Shown here: in pieces, positions 1 to 13,460 of the stretch | Layout of the letters: every line of letters begins with the position of its first letter | Position numbering within the stretch: the stretch's first letter is position 1 | Assembly: GCA_973851085.1 (NCBI GenBank) | Contig: OZ316775.1 | Location: 6,014,001 to 6,078,000 of the forward strand | DNA: 64,000 bases | Direction: 5' to 3' | From: Ptychomitrium polyphyllum | Lineage: Eukaryota | The notes under the pieces: model-generated | What the model was told of the DNA's origin: nothing | Seen by the model: only the letters and a program-made list of their open reading frames with translations | Database searches by the model: none | Position numbers and translations under genes: made by a program

Positions 1-671
1 CTCCACCCGCCTCGGGACGCAGGCGCCACTCGCACCTCGCTGCGAAGCACGCGAAAGGCCCGCAACGTCAGCTGCGCCCCCGCCCGGCCACTCCAGCACT
101 GGCACAGCACAGCGACGAGGCGACCGCACCACACTCCGCGGGAGAGGAGGAGGAATGCAGCAGCGAAGGCCGAGAATGCTGTCCGAGACCAATCGGGTGC
201 GGAGGCGAAAGAAGGAGAGGAACGTCAAGCATCCCGGGGCTTTATAGGGCCAAGCTCAGGGCCCTCATGGCGCCACCGGCAGCATCCCCGATGGCCAAAG
301 CTGGCCCCTGCCCCTGCCCCTGCCCCTGCCAGCGAAGGAGAGGCGACGCCCGACGGAGCAGCGACGGAGGCGACGGAGGGCCTCCGTAGGCCCCCCCTGG
401 TCCTGGGCTGGTCCCGGGCCCGGGCCCGGTCTGGCCAGCCAACCGCGATCGCGTACCTGCGGTTAGCCGTGCCGCGCGACTACTCTGTCGCGAGGCCGCT
501 GTTTCGTTCGCGCTCCTGCCCCGGCCCTCCATGGGGCCCCCACCCGCGGCTGCCTGCCTGCCTCCCTCCGTCCCCTGAATTACTGTTCTTTCCTCCTCGT
601 TTTATATGCCTTTGCAGTCTGCGGATAAGAACCACTGCCAGGCCTTACCTCAGGGTTCTGCGCTCTGTTGT
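1..671 (-). repeat. Copy of the invertase promoter/5' leader (13245-13915); probably the 5' end of a tandem invertase paralog that continues left of the window
   Basis: Matches 13245-13915 at a constant offset of 13244 (identical ORF translations at 242-532 and 13486-13776). Identity stops abruptly after ...cgctctgttgt. It contains the same TATAAA (minus, 241-246) and (GGGGCA)4 tract. Confidence 0.93.
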
Positions 672-3600
672 TACCTGCTTTGGTGCATTATTTTTCATAT
701 TCTTATTAGGATACTGTGGTGCATATTTGGGTTTTGCTCTCTTTGCATTCAGGGTATCGTTGGAGTTTAGATGGTTTTTCTTGAGGTTTTTGTGTTAGTT
801 GTTGACGAATACGCTGTGCCAGCTTTTTGTGAAGTTGAGAAGGCCTTAATCAGACACCTGATTATTTTCTCATGATATAGTAAATCATGTTGCTGTTTTT
901 CATGTCATAATGTTGTGTTATTGCGGTGGTAGTTTGTTCCTTTTTAGCTGCATACGTTAGGCAAGTAGATTAGTGAATGGGATTATTAGGGAGTGCTTTG
1001 GAGGGAGTTTGGTTGTAACATGCGAGTGGTGTAAGGTGGGAGCTAGAAGTGGTGGATGGAGCCCTAAGGAATGGTTTAGTGTTTTTTATTGAAGCGGAAG
1101 ACTAAGATGATGTATTAAAGATAGATAAATGTGCAGAAGATGAGGCTTGTGGTGCATGTCATAAAATAAGAGGTGTTTAAATTTTTTTAATTCTTTTATT
1201 AGTTAAGTAGTGATTTTGATGTTATACACCAACACAGCATCACATGCAATTGCTAGGTTGTTAATTTTTCCCAAATTGATTGAAAAGTTAGATGCATGGA
1301 GAGTTTAAATGATGATAATTATTATTCATAGTGTGAGTTGTTTAAGCTAGTTTATATCATTATCATTATTAACATTTTAATAATGTGCATGGATAAATTT
1401 ATTTACTTGCTTAGTGATAGATATGTTTGAAAACTATACATAATAGTTGTTTAAATTTTATCCATTCAATAATCCAATACAATCCTAAATGTATTCCATA
1501 TATAAGCACAAAAAATAGCACCTATAGTGACAACATGTAGCAAAGCAATTTTTTAATACATCAAACATAATAGATATTTTACACTTCTAATTGTTATGGA
1601 CAAAGTAACTTCAAGGCAAGGCTTCAAAACTCCAAGATATGGAATAAAGTATTTCCAAGGTATGTTAGAAGTAAGAGTTATAACAAAGTACAAAGATAAG
1701 ACTAGGAGGTTTAAACTAGACCACAAGAGATGCATTGTTGAGATTAAAGATATCTCTAGCCTCAACTCTTATATACACTAGGATTGCAATTACAATAGCA
1801 AGCCTTAAAAGCTTCTTAAGAAGCTTCCAATACAATTCTTTATAATCAAGCAACCATGTGTTACTTCTCTGGAAGCTTAATAAATAATAATATGTTCTTT
1901 AACTTAACATTCTAAAAAACCTTTACAAAACACAATCTAAAAAAAATTATAGAAGGTGTTGTATGATTGAAAATTATAGATTTAAATTTAAAGCTTCATT
2001 TGAATGATTAAATTCATCAACAATATGATTAATATTTAATTATTTTTTTCTTATAATTTTTTTGGATATAATGAAAGTATTTACATTTCTTTGGAATTCT
2101 ACTTTTTGAAATAATTTTTAGAATATAATACATTTGATATGGCGTTTTTTATAATACATTGTATTACTTAATTCTATAACTTAATTCTATAGTATCATTT
2201 TAGTAAAATTTCTTTTATATTTCATTAATTCAAATTTAATTTGGTAAAGATTTCATTCAATTTTATATTTTTGATTTGGAAAATTGCATGTTGCAACAAT
2301 ACCATATTTAAATTTAAAATAGGATGTTGGATTTATTTTTAATAAACTTAGCAACAAAGAGTTAAAAATCATGTCCTCTAAAACAAGAATCAAAATTAAA
2401 CATTTGATTTTTTAAAATATTCTTTGACCAAACTGTATAGTAAAAATCGGTTGTTAAAAGCAATTTTATTGTAGATTTTATGGTAATGTCTGTTGTTGAG
2501 CAGAAATTTATATTAGTTCATTAAATTTCAATTTAAAAAACTTTAACAATGATGAAAAGTATCAGTTATAGAATTTTGTAATTTATGGTAATTTTTTTTT
2601 TTTGGTTTCATAACCAGGCAATGTTGACAATTTTAAAAGTCAAAAAGGAATAGAAATTTCATTAACTCAAAATGACAACATCAAGTGAACTGCACTGCAT
2701 TTATATTTTGATGAAATGAAAGGATGAATTTTTAGGATTTTGGATTCTTAGCTTCGAATTGGTTCTTAAGTTGTGTAGTATAGTAATACTGCTAATCATA
2801 TTCAATGCAAATGTTTTAAATCTCAACCTATACTACATGGTGTATGATCATAGTTTTGTAGATTACCATTCAAGTATATTACATTACAATGAATGCCATT
2901 CTGTTGTTCATTACATTCGTGACATTATATACAAGGTTTATTTTTATTTTTAAATGCTAATAGTCATACTTTCTTCATATACTTATAAAGCTTCAAGTCA
3001 AGGTTGTCCAGCATCAAAATGTCCACCAGACACCAAATGCTAGACATGGAAATAAGGACAATCCTTCAACATCCAAATTGTTCTTGAACTTTTGGACTTT
3101 ACTAAAGGTCGAATGCAATGTAAATGTTCTTAAATTGATGTATCTTGAGGTTTATCCAGATAGGTCATGAAATTGTCATGTTTATTGTCTAGTGGTTAAC
3201 CACAGATGGACTTGAACAAACATTGGAACCTAGATAGATTAATATGAATGGATTTGTGTTAAGCGTCCATTTCTCTTTTTGATCTCATCCATCCACCTTG
3301 GTTAGGGTCAAGATAATTGGTTGGGAGTTTGAAAAAATAATTGTTCAAGTTTTGGATGTTGCAAACCAGATGTACAACTCTACTTCAATCAAAATATGGC
3401 ATTTTGCAAACTGTAGTTTAATCAGAAAAAATGAAAGATTCATTTAACGTTTTTATTTTTAATGAATGAGTTTATCTCGTCGAAATAAATACTTCTATTT
3501 ATATCCAACTAGTGTATGCTTAATGTTATTTTCTTAATACATTTTTTAAATTATGGCCATCTAATTTTAAGATTTTTATAGGGAGATATTTTGAATTTTT

Positions 3601-4514
3601 TATAATTTTAAGATTTATTAAGATCAAGTATTTTCTATGTTGTAATGTTACTCCATTCCTTGTATTATGAAAACTAGTATATTATGTGTGTTTGTACAAC
3701 TATGGCAGTTTGCTTAATATTGTAAACTACTATTCTGTAGGTATTAATTTTTTCCACCATCCAAATAAGAGTATCAAAATCTATTCTGCAAATTTAAAGT
3801 GCAAATTGTACTTGTTTATTTCTGTAATTGCCATTAAATTATTTTTTTTTCTATACAACAGTATCAATATAAAAAGTATTTCAAGTTTTACTTATATTCC
3901 AATAGAAAATAATATTTTAGTGACTATAATATTTATTAAAAATTTATTTTTGTAAATACGTCAATATATAAATACCTATATTAATACTATTTTTTGTTTT
4001 TGTATGATTTTTATGCTTTTAAAAATTGATTAAATGAAATACTAAAATTAATCGTTTATGAAATAATTATTCTGATAAGAATATAATTTATCATTTGGAA
4101 TGTTTGCATCAAATAACAACCAATTTATTGGTTTTTTCAGTTAATAGTTTATCAATATATCTTTTAAACAGGAATTCTTCTTCATTATCATAAAAACTTA
4201 ACTTTTGTTGATCATGTTATAATAGCCGAATTTTTCCACTTTTAAGTAATATATTAAAAATTTACTCAAACCAAAGTTTATAGGAAATAATATTTTTTTG
4301 GTAATTTTTCAAGTTTTCAATTCTTTTATTGAAAACACTTTTCAACACTATTAAAAACATTTCTACCAATCCATTGGTTTGAAAGATTTAAATGTTAGTA
4401 CAAATAAGGAAATCAAAGGAAATGAAAACAAACAAATTATTATTTTCTAAAAGTTTAATAAATGAATTGTAATTTCATCTAGAATGGTGATTTTAAAGTA
4501 AATAATTTTAATAT

Positions 4515-4721
4515 TCATACCATGAATAATTTTGAAATATTTTTGAAAAAACCAATAATTTCATTTAGATTGAAAATTTGTGTTAAATTTTTATAACATG
4601 AGATTTTAGAAACTAATTCTACAAAAACATGTTCTAAAGTTGAATTCCATTCAACAACATCCAACAATGGCAATAGAAAAGAGATCTTTATGGCCTTTTT
4701 TGGATTAATTAAGTTTGTCAA
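4515..4721 (-). mobile_element. Possible highly decayed hAT-family transposase fragment
   Basis: The minus-strand translation has LLDVVEWNST, resembling the hAT 'LDVxTRWNST' motif. It lies in AT-rich sequence with no other clear support. Confidence 0.3.
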
Positions 4722-7700
4722 AGTATAAAGAAGAAATTAAGATTTGATTAAATATTGGACAAAAATACTAAACTTAATATAATACTGCAAGAAAGTAAGT
4801 TTTTAGAAACATTTTATCTTTGTTCAATGAAATTTATTAGAAATGTCATATTAGAAAAAAAACCAAAATAATTGGATAAAGGTTTTTTGAACAAGGATTT
4901 ATAATTCAATAAAAAGTCATTTAATTTAAGAACAATATTCTCCAATTGGCTTCTTTTAGAATTTAGATAAGCTCTTGCAAGTTACAATGCCAATTTGAAT
5001 GTCATTTTGTGAAATACTTTTTGAAGATGTAGAAATGTGTCAATTATAAAAAAATACACTTAATATTTTTTCCAGTCACTAAAAGAAAAAGTTATATTGT
5101 CTTAAGTAACTCTTCCAATTTATTGAGCAACTTCTTGAACTAAGCTATACACTTTTCAACACACCTCTTAGATTTGTGCACAATCAATTAAGATAAGTTT
5201 TAAAAAAAAAATTTAAACAAAAAGAATTGAATTTTTTATAAATGCAAAAATCCATCTTAAATGCATTCAAAGTTTGCTGACCTTGGTAAGCAAAATACAT
5301 TAAATTAGAGCCTCTATTACATTTGTAGAAGTACAAACTTTTTAAAGTATTATGTTTTACTTTTTATTTTTCTTCTTCAAAGTATCTAATTTTTAGAATA
5401 CAAATTTTTACTTGATTTATGTTGTAAGAAAATAAACTTACATACTTTCATATCAAGCACTAAATTAATACTACCTTTAAATACATTCATTAATTGAAAA
5501 AAATAGTGAAAATGGGCTTTTACAAAAAAAGATTTTACTACATATTTTTTACTAACTATTTTCTTTTAATATTACATATAAGATGTAAGGAAACCAAGAT
5601 TAAATAATGGTGTGTGTTTCATCTTCTACATTACTCTCATATGTCAATGAAGTTCCATATCTTTTCATCCTTTAAAAACCTTCAAATGTTATCTATATTA
5701 ATCTTTCAAACATAGTGTCAAGCTTGTTGAGAACATGCTATGTCGACTTACAACTTCAGTAACATCCAAAAGAGTTTATACAAATTGTTAATTGACTTTG
5801 TTCATGATTTCTCAAACTTGAAAAGTGTAAAAGCCAAATTTGAAACCTGTTTTCTCCCACTTTGACGCTCAAATCTGATTGCAATCTTCTACCAAATTGA
5901 ATAAGTATAGGCAAAGCTTTCTAAATGACTACTGCAATATTTTCTATGCTTGTAGATTTCAACCCCACGATCCACGAAAAGAAAAACTTGTGCATTATGC
6001 ATTTAGAGAGTTTTGCTTGTATAATATGCAGTATTCCTCCCAAGTTATTTTTTGGTACTTCATGGATTCATCTTTTTTACATTGAATGCAAAGTTACCAA
6101 ACAGTCGTATGCTTTCATAAGTCACTGTATCATTGCACGAATATGCGAAGCTTCCGTGGAACAATGATCTCCCCACTGGGTATCATGTTATTCCGTATGT
6201 TATTAAAGGAGTTTGATTTTGAATAGTTGAATGTTTGCATGGACCCCACAACTGATGAGGAGTGGAGGCTGTGTACACATACCCTTGTGCAAGAGGAAAG
6301 GGCTCCATGAATTCCTCATCACGACATTGCGGATATGGTCTCCTTACCTGGGGCTACGGCAGTGCCTCATTGATAATTGTGGGGTCATCCTGAATACAGA
6401 TTGGAATGTGGAAGTGGAAGAAGACACACTGAACATTTCCCCTCGGTTCTGCTCGAGGAATCCATCCCAACACTTATCCTTTCTTGCAAAAATATAAAAC
6501 CATTACAGTGACCCCTCTAATGTATTAGATAATTCCCTCTTGACCAAAGATACAACTTTATTTTTGAAACAAAATTGAAGCAGGTTGTGCGTCGCGACAC
6601 CGTGTTACATTCATATCTTCCTCCATTCACAACCACATGCATGCAGTCAATATTATTGAGTTCTAATTATCGAACTTTTACTTGTTCGAAGGTGATTTAC
6701 TTCAACTTCTAAATATTACGTTGACAACCAACTTGGTAGGTATGCATTTTATGATTTTATTTTTATTTTCTAAAGTATAAGTGTATATGCATTACAAGGA
6801 TACACCTTACTTAATAAACAAGTAACATAAGATTTAAATATCAATTGATGAATTATATTTGCACGATTATTATTCATTTCTCATAATCCTTTTCCGATTG
6901 ACAGAAGTTACACGTGGCTTAAACATTAACTAGAATTGAGCAATAATATGCACCATTTAATACAAGTTCATTTCACCATTTCAAGCATTGACAACTTTTT
7001 CAAAATAAATTAAACACTACTATATTTAAATGATTAGAAGCTCATGTATATGAGTGAAAATAAAATGTATTACAATGCCATACTTGAGAAAATATATGGT
7101 ATATTCTAAATAACTGTTTGAACAAAATACCACATGTCATCCACATTATTGTTGGGATCTACACAAAATGGTTAAGATATGAAAACTCAAAATAAATGTG
7201 ATACTGGTAAAGCTATGAAATTCAATTCTACCCCTGCAAGAATTTCAAAAAAGGCTAGGCACAAAAATGAACATTAAAATGTGCAAAAAAGAGAGCTTGT
7301 CACAAGTAATGATCAAATAAACTTAAGCTTGTTAATATGTCCTGAATATAGAGTAAGTACTGCAACCATTCATAATAAACTAAAACTTACACTAAACATT
7401 CTTTCATTATTGGTTACTGATACATGAAAAATAAAAACACAAGTTATTTCAATGACAGTCAAAAATCTCATTTCAAATGCAAACATTCAAATCCGTAACA
7501 TCACCAGCGTTGAATATATATAAAAGATACTTCTTCAACAACGCAGACAAAAAAACATCATACAAAAAAACACCTGATACCTCCGAAAAGCTAAATAATG
7601 AGAATAACCAACATTGAAACATACATTAACAATCCACATGAAAGACAAAACTTTAACACCTAGTCAAACCAAGACCAGCCTTCCAAAAAAGACAACTACA

Positions 7701-8915
7701 AAAAATAGCGCAACACCAAAAAAAAAACTAAAGAACGACCGAAACACAAATGACGAACATAATACACACAAAGCATCCCGAACTCCTCACAAACAAAAAC
7801 AACCAGCAGCATGCATAACGCGACATCTCCCAAACCGGTATTGACTCCAAACACGACTGCATCTCCGGCAAGCACGACAACTGGGCGAACGCTCCATCCA
7901 ACATCCACGACCGACATGCTGCAGCCCTCACGAGACGGCGCTCCCGTTTCAAGCCACTGCACCGCTGCCACGCCTTCCCAGACGGACTGCCTTGCACACG
8001 CACGCACGCACCCACATTCAAAGACCCACTCCCTGCCAGATTCTACTCCGGCGCACGGCCACCGATACATTCACCATGCGGCAACACCATCGACACACGG
8101 CTCCCCATGGCAGGTGAAAAAAAAATTTAATTGGCCCCCCCGGGGAGCAGCCTCAACTACTACAACACTACCAGAGCCCTATTACGGCCCTCTTTATCAC
8201 GTGACCCTGCTCCTGCATTCTAACTATGTCCGCATTAGCCGTCCGACAATCAATCCCTTCATCGGCATTGTACACCGCCCCCTCTCCCACCTTCTCGCCG
8301 GCCCCCCGCCCCCCACTTCCTCCACAGGATCCCGGCCCGAATGCTACACAGGGCTCAACCACCGTTTCGCGTCCTCGCCGCAGCTCCAATTTCCACGCTG
8401 CCGCCGGCTTCTCCACGCACCGGGTGGACGTCCAGGCGCTTCCGCATCCCTCGACATCACCCCGAGAGCTTCCCTGCAGCTTCCCTCGCTCCCGTCCGCC
8501 ACGCGCCCTGCCCGCCATCGGAGCGGACAGCCCTACCTTCACGTTCCCTATACCTTTCTTGTGCTTTCCTGAATGAAGAATATCTCCAGCGCTTATCCTC
8601 CTCGCCGCCTTTCGCGACTATGGACTCTCGTCCCTATGGACTGTTGTACAGGCCTCTGCGGCGTCCCTCCCCTCGCCCCCGTCGGCCGGGCTCCGCCGTC
8701 GCCCAACGAACCGTCTACGGACGCGACGGCTCGCCCGGTGGACGCCCTCCGCTCACCGCCACCAGGCTGGAGGCACCCCGGAGGACGATCGTCGCCCCTC
8801 CGCTCCGCCTCTTCGGATTGCGCCGACTCCCACCCGGATCTCACAGCCGCAGACTTTTACACTCCTTATCATAGCATACTTATACAGGCAGACCAGCTAC
8901 GGCGCTCCTCGTCTC

Positions 8916-11900
8916 CTAGGCTGTCCACGACGCAGACCTCGTCAGGGACGGCTTCATCTTCCGGTCCTCCTCCAACCCTATCATTCCCAGGTGCGACGGA
9001 TCCTCCAGCATCATCTTCGCCACCAGATAGCCCGCAATGGACCACGTCTGGAACTTCCGAGCCTGCTTCCCCACGTACCGCCCCAGCTTGCCGTCGTAGT
9101 ACTCCGGCCACCCGTCCTTCGCTAGCCTCGTCTCCACCTGCTCGATGGCCCGCCTCGCAATTTGCGGCCTCCCGGCCTTGATGCACGCAGCCGTCAGCAT
9201 CCACAGGATAACTGCACACACAACCCACCGACCAAACCACATGCTCAGCGCACCATCATGCGGCCCGTCGTTCCGCCCGCTGCACACGGCACTCCGCGTC
9301 AACGCATTCGGCACCGCCGCGCACGACACTAGCCGCCCCGGAACTGTCAACGGCTCCCACGGCCCGCACCCAAACCCGACCCGGCGTCTCCACTCCGGAC
9401 CCTAGTTCCGTCTTGCAACATTAGCGCCGGCCGCACCGGTGCCGCGAACATCCTCTCCTCGGACCCTCACTCTCCTCTCAACTAGCGACCGAAGGTGGAC
9501 TCTGAGTCGCGACTTCCGACTCGATTGCTCTCGTCCACGCCCACGCAACGACCCGGGACCGCCTCAACCTCCCCCGACACCGGCGCCTGCTACCCAAGAA
9601 CGACGCAACCCTCGCTCCGTTCACCGACGGCAGGGCGGGTGACGCCCGGGCCCCCGACACGACCTCTGTGCCTCGGACACCCGAGCGCGCACCCGCCCAA
9701 CAGCGAACCCTAATCCAAGCACAAACGGAAGCGACTGGCGCTCTACCTGGCCACGACCCGGCATTGTGGTAGCTCCACCTCGTGTTCTTCGGGTCGCATC
9801 CCGTCACGATGCGCCACTCGTGCCCCTCCATCGCCGGGTACGACACCTTCAGAGGCATGTCGCCCACCAGCTCCGGCCACCGCGCTTCCAGCAGGTCCAT
9901 GATGGCCGACGCCTGATCCGACGTCGCCAGCGACGACAGGATGGCCATGAAGTTGCCGATGGCGAACCACCGGAAGTCCATCCGAGCAGGGCTCACGTTC
10001 CCGATGAAGAAGCCGCCCTTCAGCGGCAGGAAGTCGAATATCCAGTCCGGGATGGAGTCCGGTATCACGTTGAACTTGTTCACGGCCGTGTGCGAGTACT
10101 CCTCCGTCTTGAACCGGTAGATGTTGTTCAGCTGCTGGTGGTCCAGCCAGAAGTACTCCCGCATGTGGAAGCTCAGCGCGTGCAGCCGCTTGTCGATCCT
10201 CTCCAGAAACTCCTTGCCGTCCCCTTCCGCCTTGATCAGGCTCTTGGCAGACCGCAGAGCCATGAAAAACAGGCTCTGGATCTCGATCGGATAACCGTAG
10301 ATGCCCTGCCACCACGACACACGCGGGTCAGCTCCCCGCCATCTCCCGCGCACGTTCTCCGGAGGGCCACCACGGCGTCCTCCGGCCAACGCACGCCTGC
10401 CAAACCCCGTGCCTCACCACCACGCCGGACGGCCCCGACTCCCGCACCACGCACTGCACACGCAGACCTAATCCTCACACCGGCTCACGAACCTCACTGC
10501 TATCGGTCGTCTACCGGCGCACCGCGCGGCCCTCGCCCCACCCTCCCCTAAGAGTTCCGGATGCACGTACCATCCGCCGATCCACCATGCAGCACCCGTC
10601 CGCGCACAGCAGCGTCGGAAACGTATCGAAACCGTCCGCCAGGCACAGCGTCAAAATCAGCCTCATCCCCCTCTGGCAGTCCGCCATGTCCGCCAGGGTG
10701 TGGTCCCCGGTCGACTTCGTGTACGCCCGAAGGAGTATGATCCACCAGAACCCCGAATCCACCGGGGCCACCCTCCCGATCGCACTCTCGCCGAAGTCCG
10801 CGATCATCGTGTCCGTCTTCCGCACCGGGTCGTGCAGGACCTGCGAGTCCACACGCCGCTCACCCCGTCAGCACGCCACCGACACCCCCCCCGCTACACA
10901 AAACACACCGGCCTCGCCCGAGCGATTCCCACGGCACGGGGTCCCGCCCCGTCCAGCCTCGGACGACTTCCACATCTACGTGCTTCCGGACACACCACCA
11001 CACGCCATTCACGAAACAAGCCCACGCTCACCTTGAAGCTGGCCGGCATCACGCCTTCCCCCAACGTGAAGCAATCGATGCGCTTCTCGATGCTCTGCAG
11101 CCGCAGCGTCTTCAACAGGAAGTTCTTCACTATCTCCGGCTCCCCGTTCATCAGAAACGCCAGCGCGCTCGGGACGAAGTCCCGCACGAACACCTGCGCC
11201 CAAGTCATACGTCAGACTCCCACGCGGCATACATACAGTGCCTGCCATCCAGGCGCACCACTCCGCTCTCACCCCCACGCCGCACGACCTGCACTACTCC
11301 GGCGTGCCCGCGACGATGGCCGGATGCGGTCCCCAACCAGCGACCGCCACACCTGCTGCCGTTCGCGACGCGGCCCACATTGCACGCGCGCGACCCCCGA
11401 GCCCCACGCCCTCCACGAAGACCTAACAACACGACGCTCTACCCTACCCTGCCACCACCGCCACGCCACCCGACACTGAGCGTCCGCTCGGGACGCGGAG
11501 CGGGCTGCAATCCGCAGGACCCGTCCGATTCGCTCTCGTCCGTTCCGCGCATCCCGCCCTACCGCTCCACGAATCAACCGCTTGCCGACGACCCCATTCC
11601 CGGCTACTCTACGCGTGCTGCCCCCTTGCTCGCAGCGCTCGCCGACCGACACACGCCTCCCCGTACTTTCGCCCAATTCACCGCGCCCCCGACGCATGGA
11701 CGGACGACACACACTGCACATGCTCACGGATAGCGTACCTGATTGTAATTCAGCGAGTCCTCCGTAGGATCCAGCGCCGCGATGGTTCCCACCGGCCTCG
11801 ACCGGAAGTACACCATCGACCTCCTCAGCGCTTCCCATGCGTCCGCAATCATTGGATGAGGCTCAAACGCATGGTGCTCCCGAGGAGTACCGGCCGACGA

Positions 11901-12185
11901 CCGGATGCTCGGAGACAGCAGCGCCTCCAGGCACTCCGAACTCTTCACGGTCTCTAACTGCCGGGGAGGCCGCGGCGACGACAGGCCCGAAGAGATGATG
12001 TCATTCAGCGACCTCTCGTCCAGAGAGTGCTGGGTCTCAATCTGGCGCGGCCTGAGGTCCATCAGCTTCCCGAAATCCACACTGCCGTTGTCCCCAGACG
12101 CGTGCGACTCGTTGGCCTTCCTAAGTGCCTCCGAGGTAGTCTCCAGGGTCAGGGGTCTTGGAAAGCTATACATGTCGAAAGGCAT
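8916..12185 (-). CDS. CINV: Cytosolic alkaline/neutral invertase (glycoside hydrolase family 100), ~577 aa. Coding exons 12185-11739, 11193-11032, 10840-10571, 10305-9747, 9211-8916
   Basis: Family motifs across exons: [150 protein letters not shown]. All introns are GT-AG and the exons sum to 1734 nt in one frame. No obvious transit peptide. The start Met is inferred. Confidence 0.95.
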
Positions 12186-13460
12186 TAGGTTTCCACCGGC
12201 CCTCTGTCACGACAAATCGGACGCGTATCTCCCAATTCTCGGCCACGTACGGCGGGCGTACGTACACACAGTAATGCGGCAGATCGAGCAACGCACTTAG
12301 GACAGATTACCGTTCAGTGCTTCTTAGTGTGAACTGCCTCAGGGTTCTGCGAAGGGTGCGGCTTACCACGGCCGAGCGAATGTCTCCTCCGGGCCCTAAT
12401 CCACACTCGGATCGCTCTTCTTGAGGCCGCTACCCCGACCCAGCTCCTTCACCACTCCTGCCTCGCATTTCCCTCCAACTCCCGACTCATCAAGCCCTCG
12501 CAATGCATGCAACCTGCGCGCACCTCAACGCCTGCTCAGAGCGCCTCTCCTGCTGCTTATCGCGTCAGGCATCAGCCGCGGGCGCCAATTCTCTGCTTCC
12601 CGCCGTGATGAGACTGGAAGTGTCAAACTCTGCTTCCGGGCTGCACATTCGAGGAGGACGGGATGCCGCGCTCGGAAACCTCAGCCCCCGCCGCGACCCC
12701 GATCCGGAGGGAGAACGCGCACCCGCGCGGAGCTGCCCTAGCCAACGGCCAAACACCCGGGCGCCCAGGCCACAGACTGGACAAATTGGGCGAGCGGGAA
12801 GAAATGCGAGGCGGGGAAGGCGAGCGGGGCTACGGCAATGAGATCTCGCGCCCACGGAAGGTCGATCGGCCCCGGCCGAAGACGGAGCCCGGCGCCTCCC
12901 TCAGATCTGCTCAAGACCTCGGACCGCCGCGCGCACGAGCCCACCGCCCTCTCCCCAGGCCAGCAATTGCCGCCGCAACCACCACACTCGCCACCTCCAC
13001 GCCCACGCCCACGCCCACGCCCGCGCCCACGCACACGCTCCGCTCCGCCCAATTCCACTCCAACCGCGCAGATCGCTCTCGGAATCCCGGCGGCCGACCA
13101 GCGCACAGGAGGGCTGCGCCCTTACGGAAACAGAAGCAAACGCCACACGGCCGCGCTCCCCCTCCGCCCGCGCGCCCCGCGCACCAAGCCGCAGCTCCCC
13201 GTCCTCCCTACGAACGTCAGGCCGGGCTCGCCGTCTTCCGCTCGCTCCACCCGCCTCGGGACGCAGGCGCCACTCGCACCTCGCTGCGAAGCACGCGAAA
13301 GGCCCGCAACGTCAGCTGCGCCCCCGCCCGGCCACTCCAGCACTGGCACAGCACAGCGACGAGGCGACCGCACCACACTCCGCGGGAGAGGAGGAGGAAT
13401 GCAGCAGCGAAGGCCGAGAATGCTGTCCGAGACCAATCGGGTGCGGAGGCGAAAGAAGGA
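12186..13460 (-). other. Long intron-containing 5' leader of the invertase gene
   Basis: Minus-strand splice signals: acceptor CAG at 12206-12204, donors GTAATC (~12310), GTAAGC (~12366) and GTAAGG (~13127), acceptor CAG at 12516-12514. A pyrimidine-rich start region lies ~30 nt downstream of the TATA box. Confidence 0.5.

Noticed and set aside
469..798. 109-aa ORF with a hydrophobic C-terminus spanning the duplication breakpoint
   Set aside because: It has a non-ATG start, and the hydrophobic tail simply reflects the T-rich flank. There is no evidence of a real gene.
1590..1880. Possible solo LTR remnant (AAGCTT/TTCTAG-rich)
   Set aside because: It resembles LTR-like composition, but I could not define TG...CA ends or a TSD.
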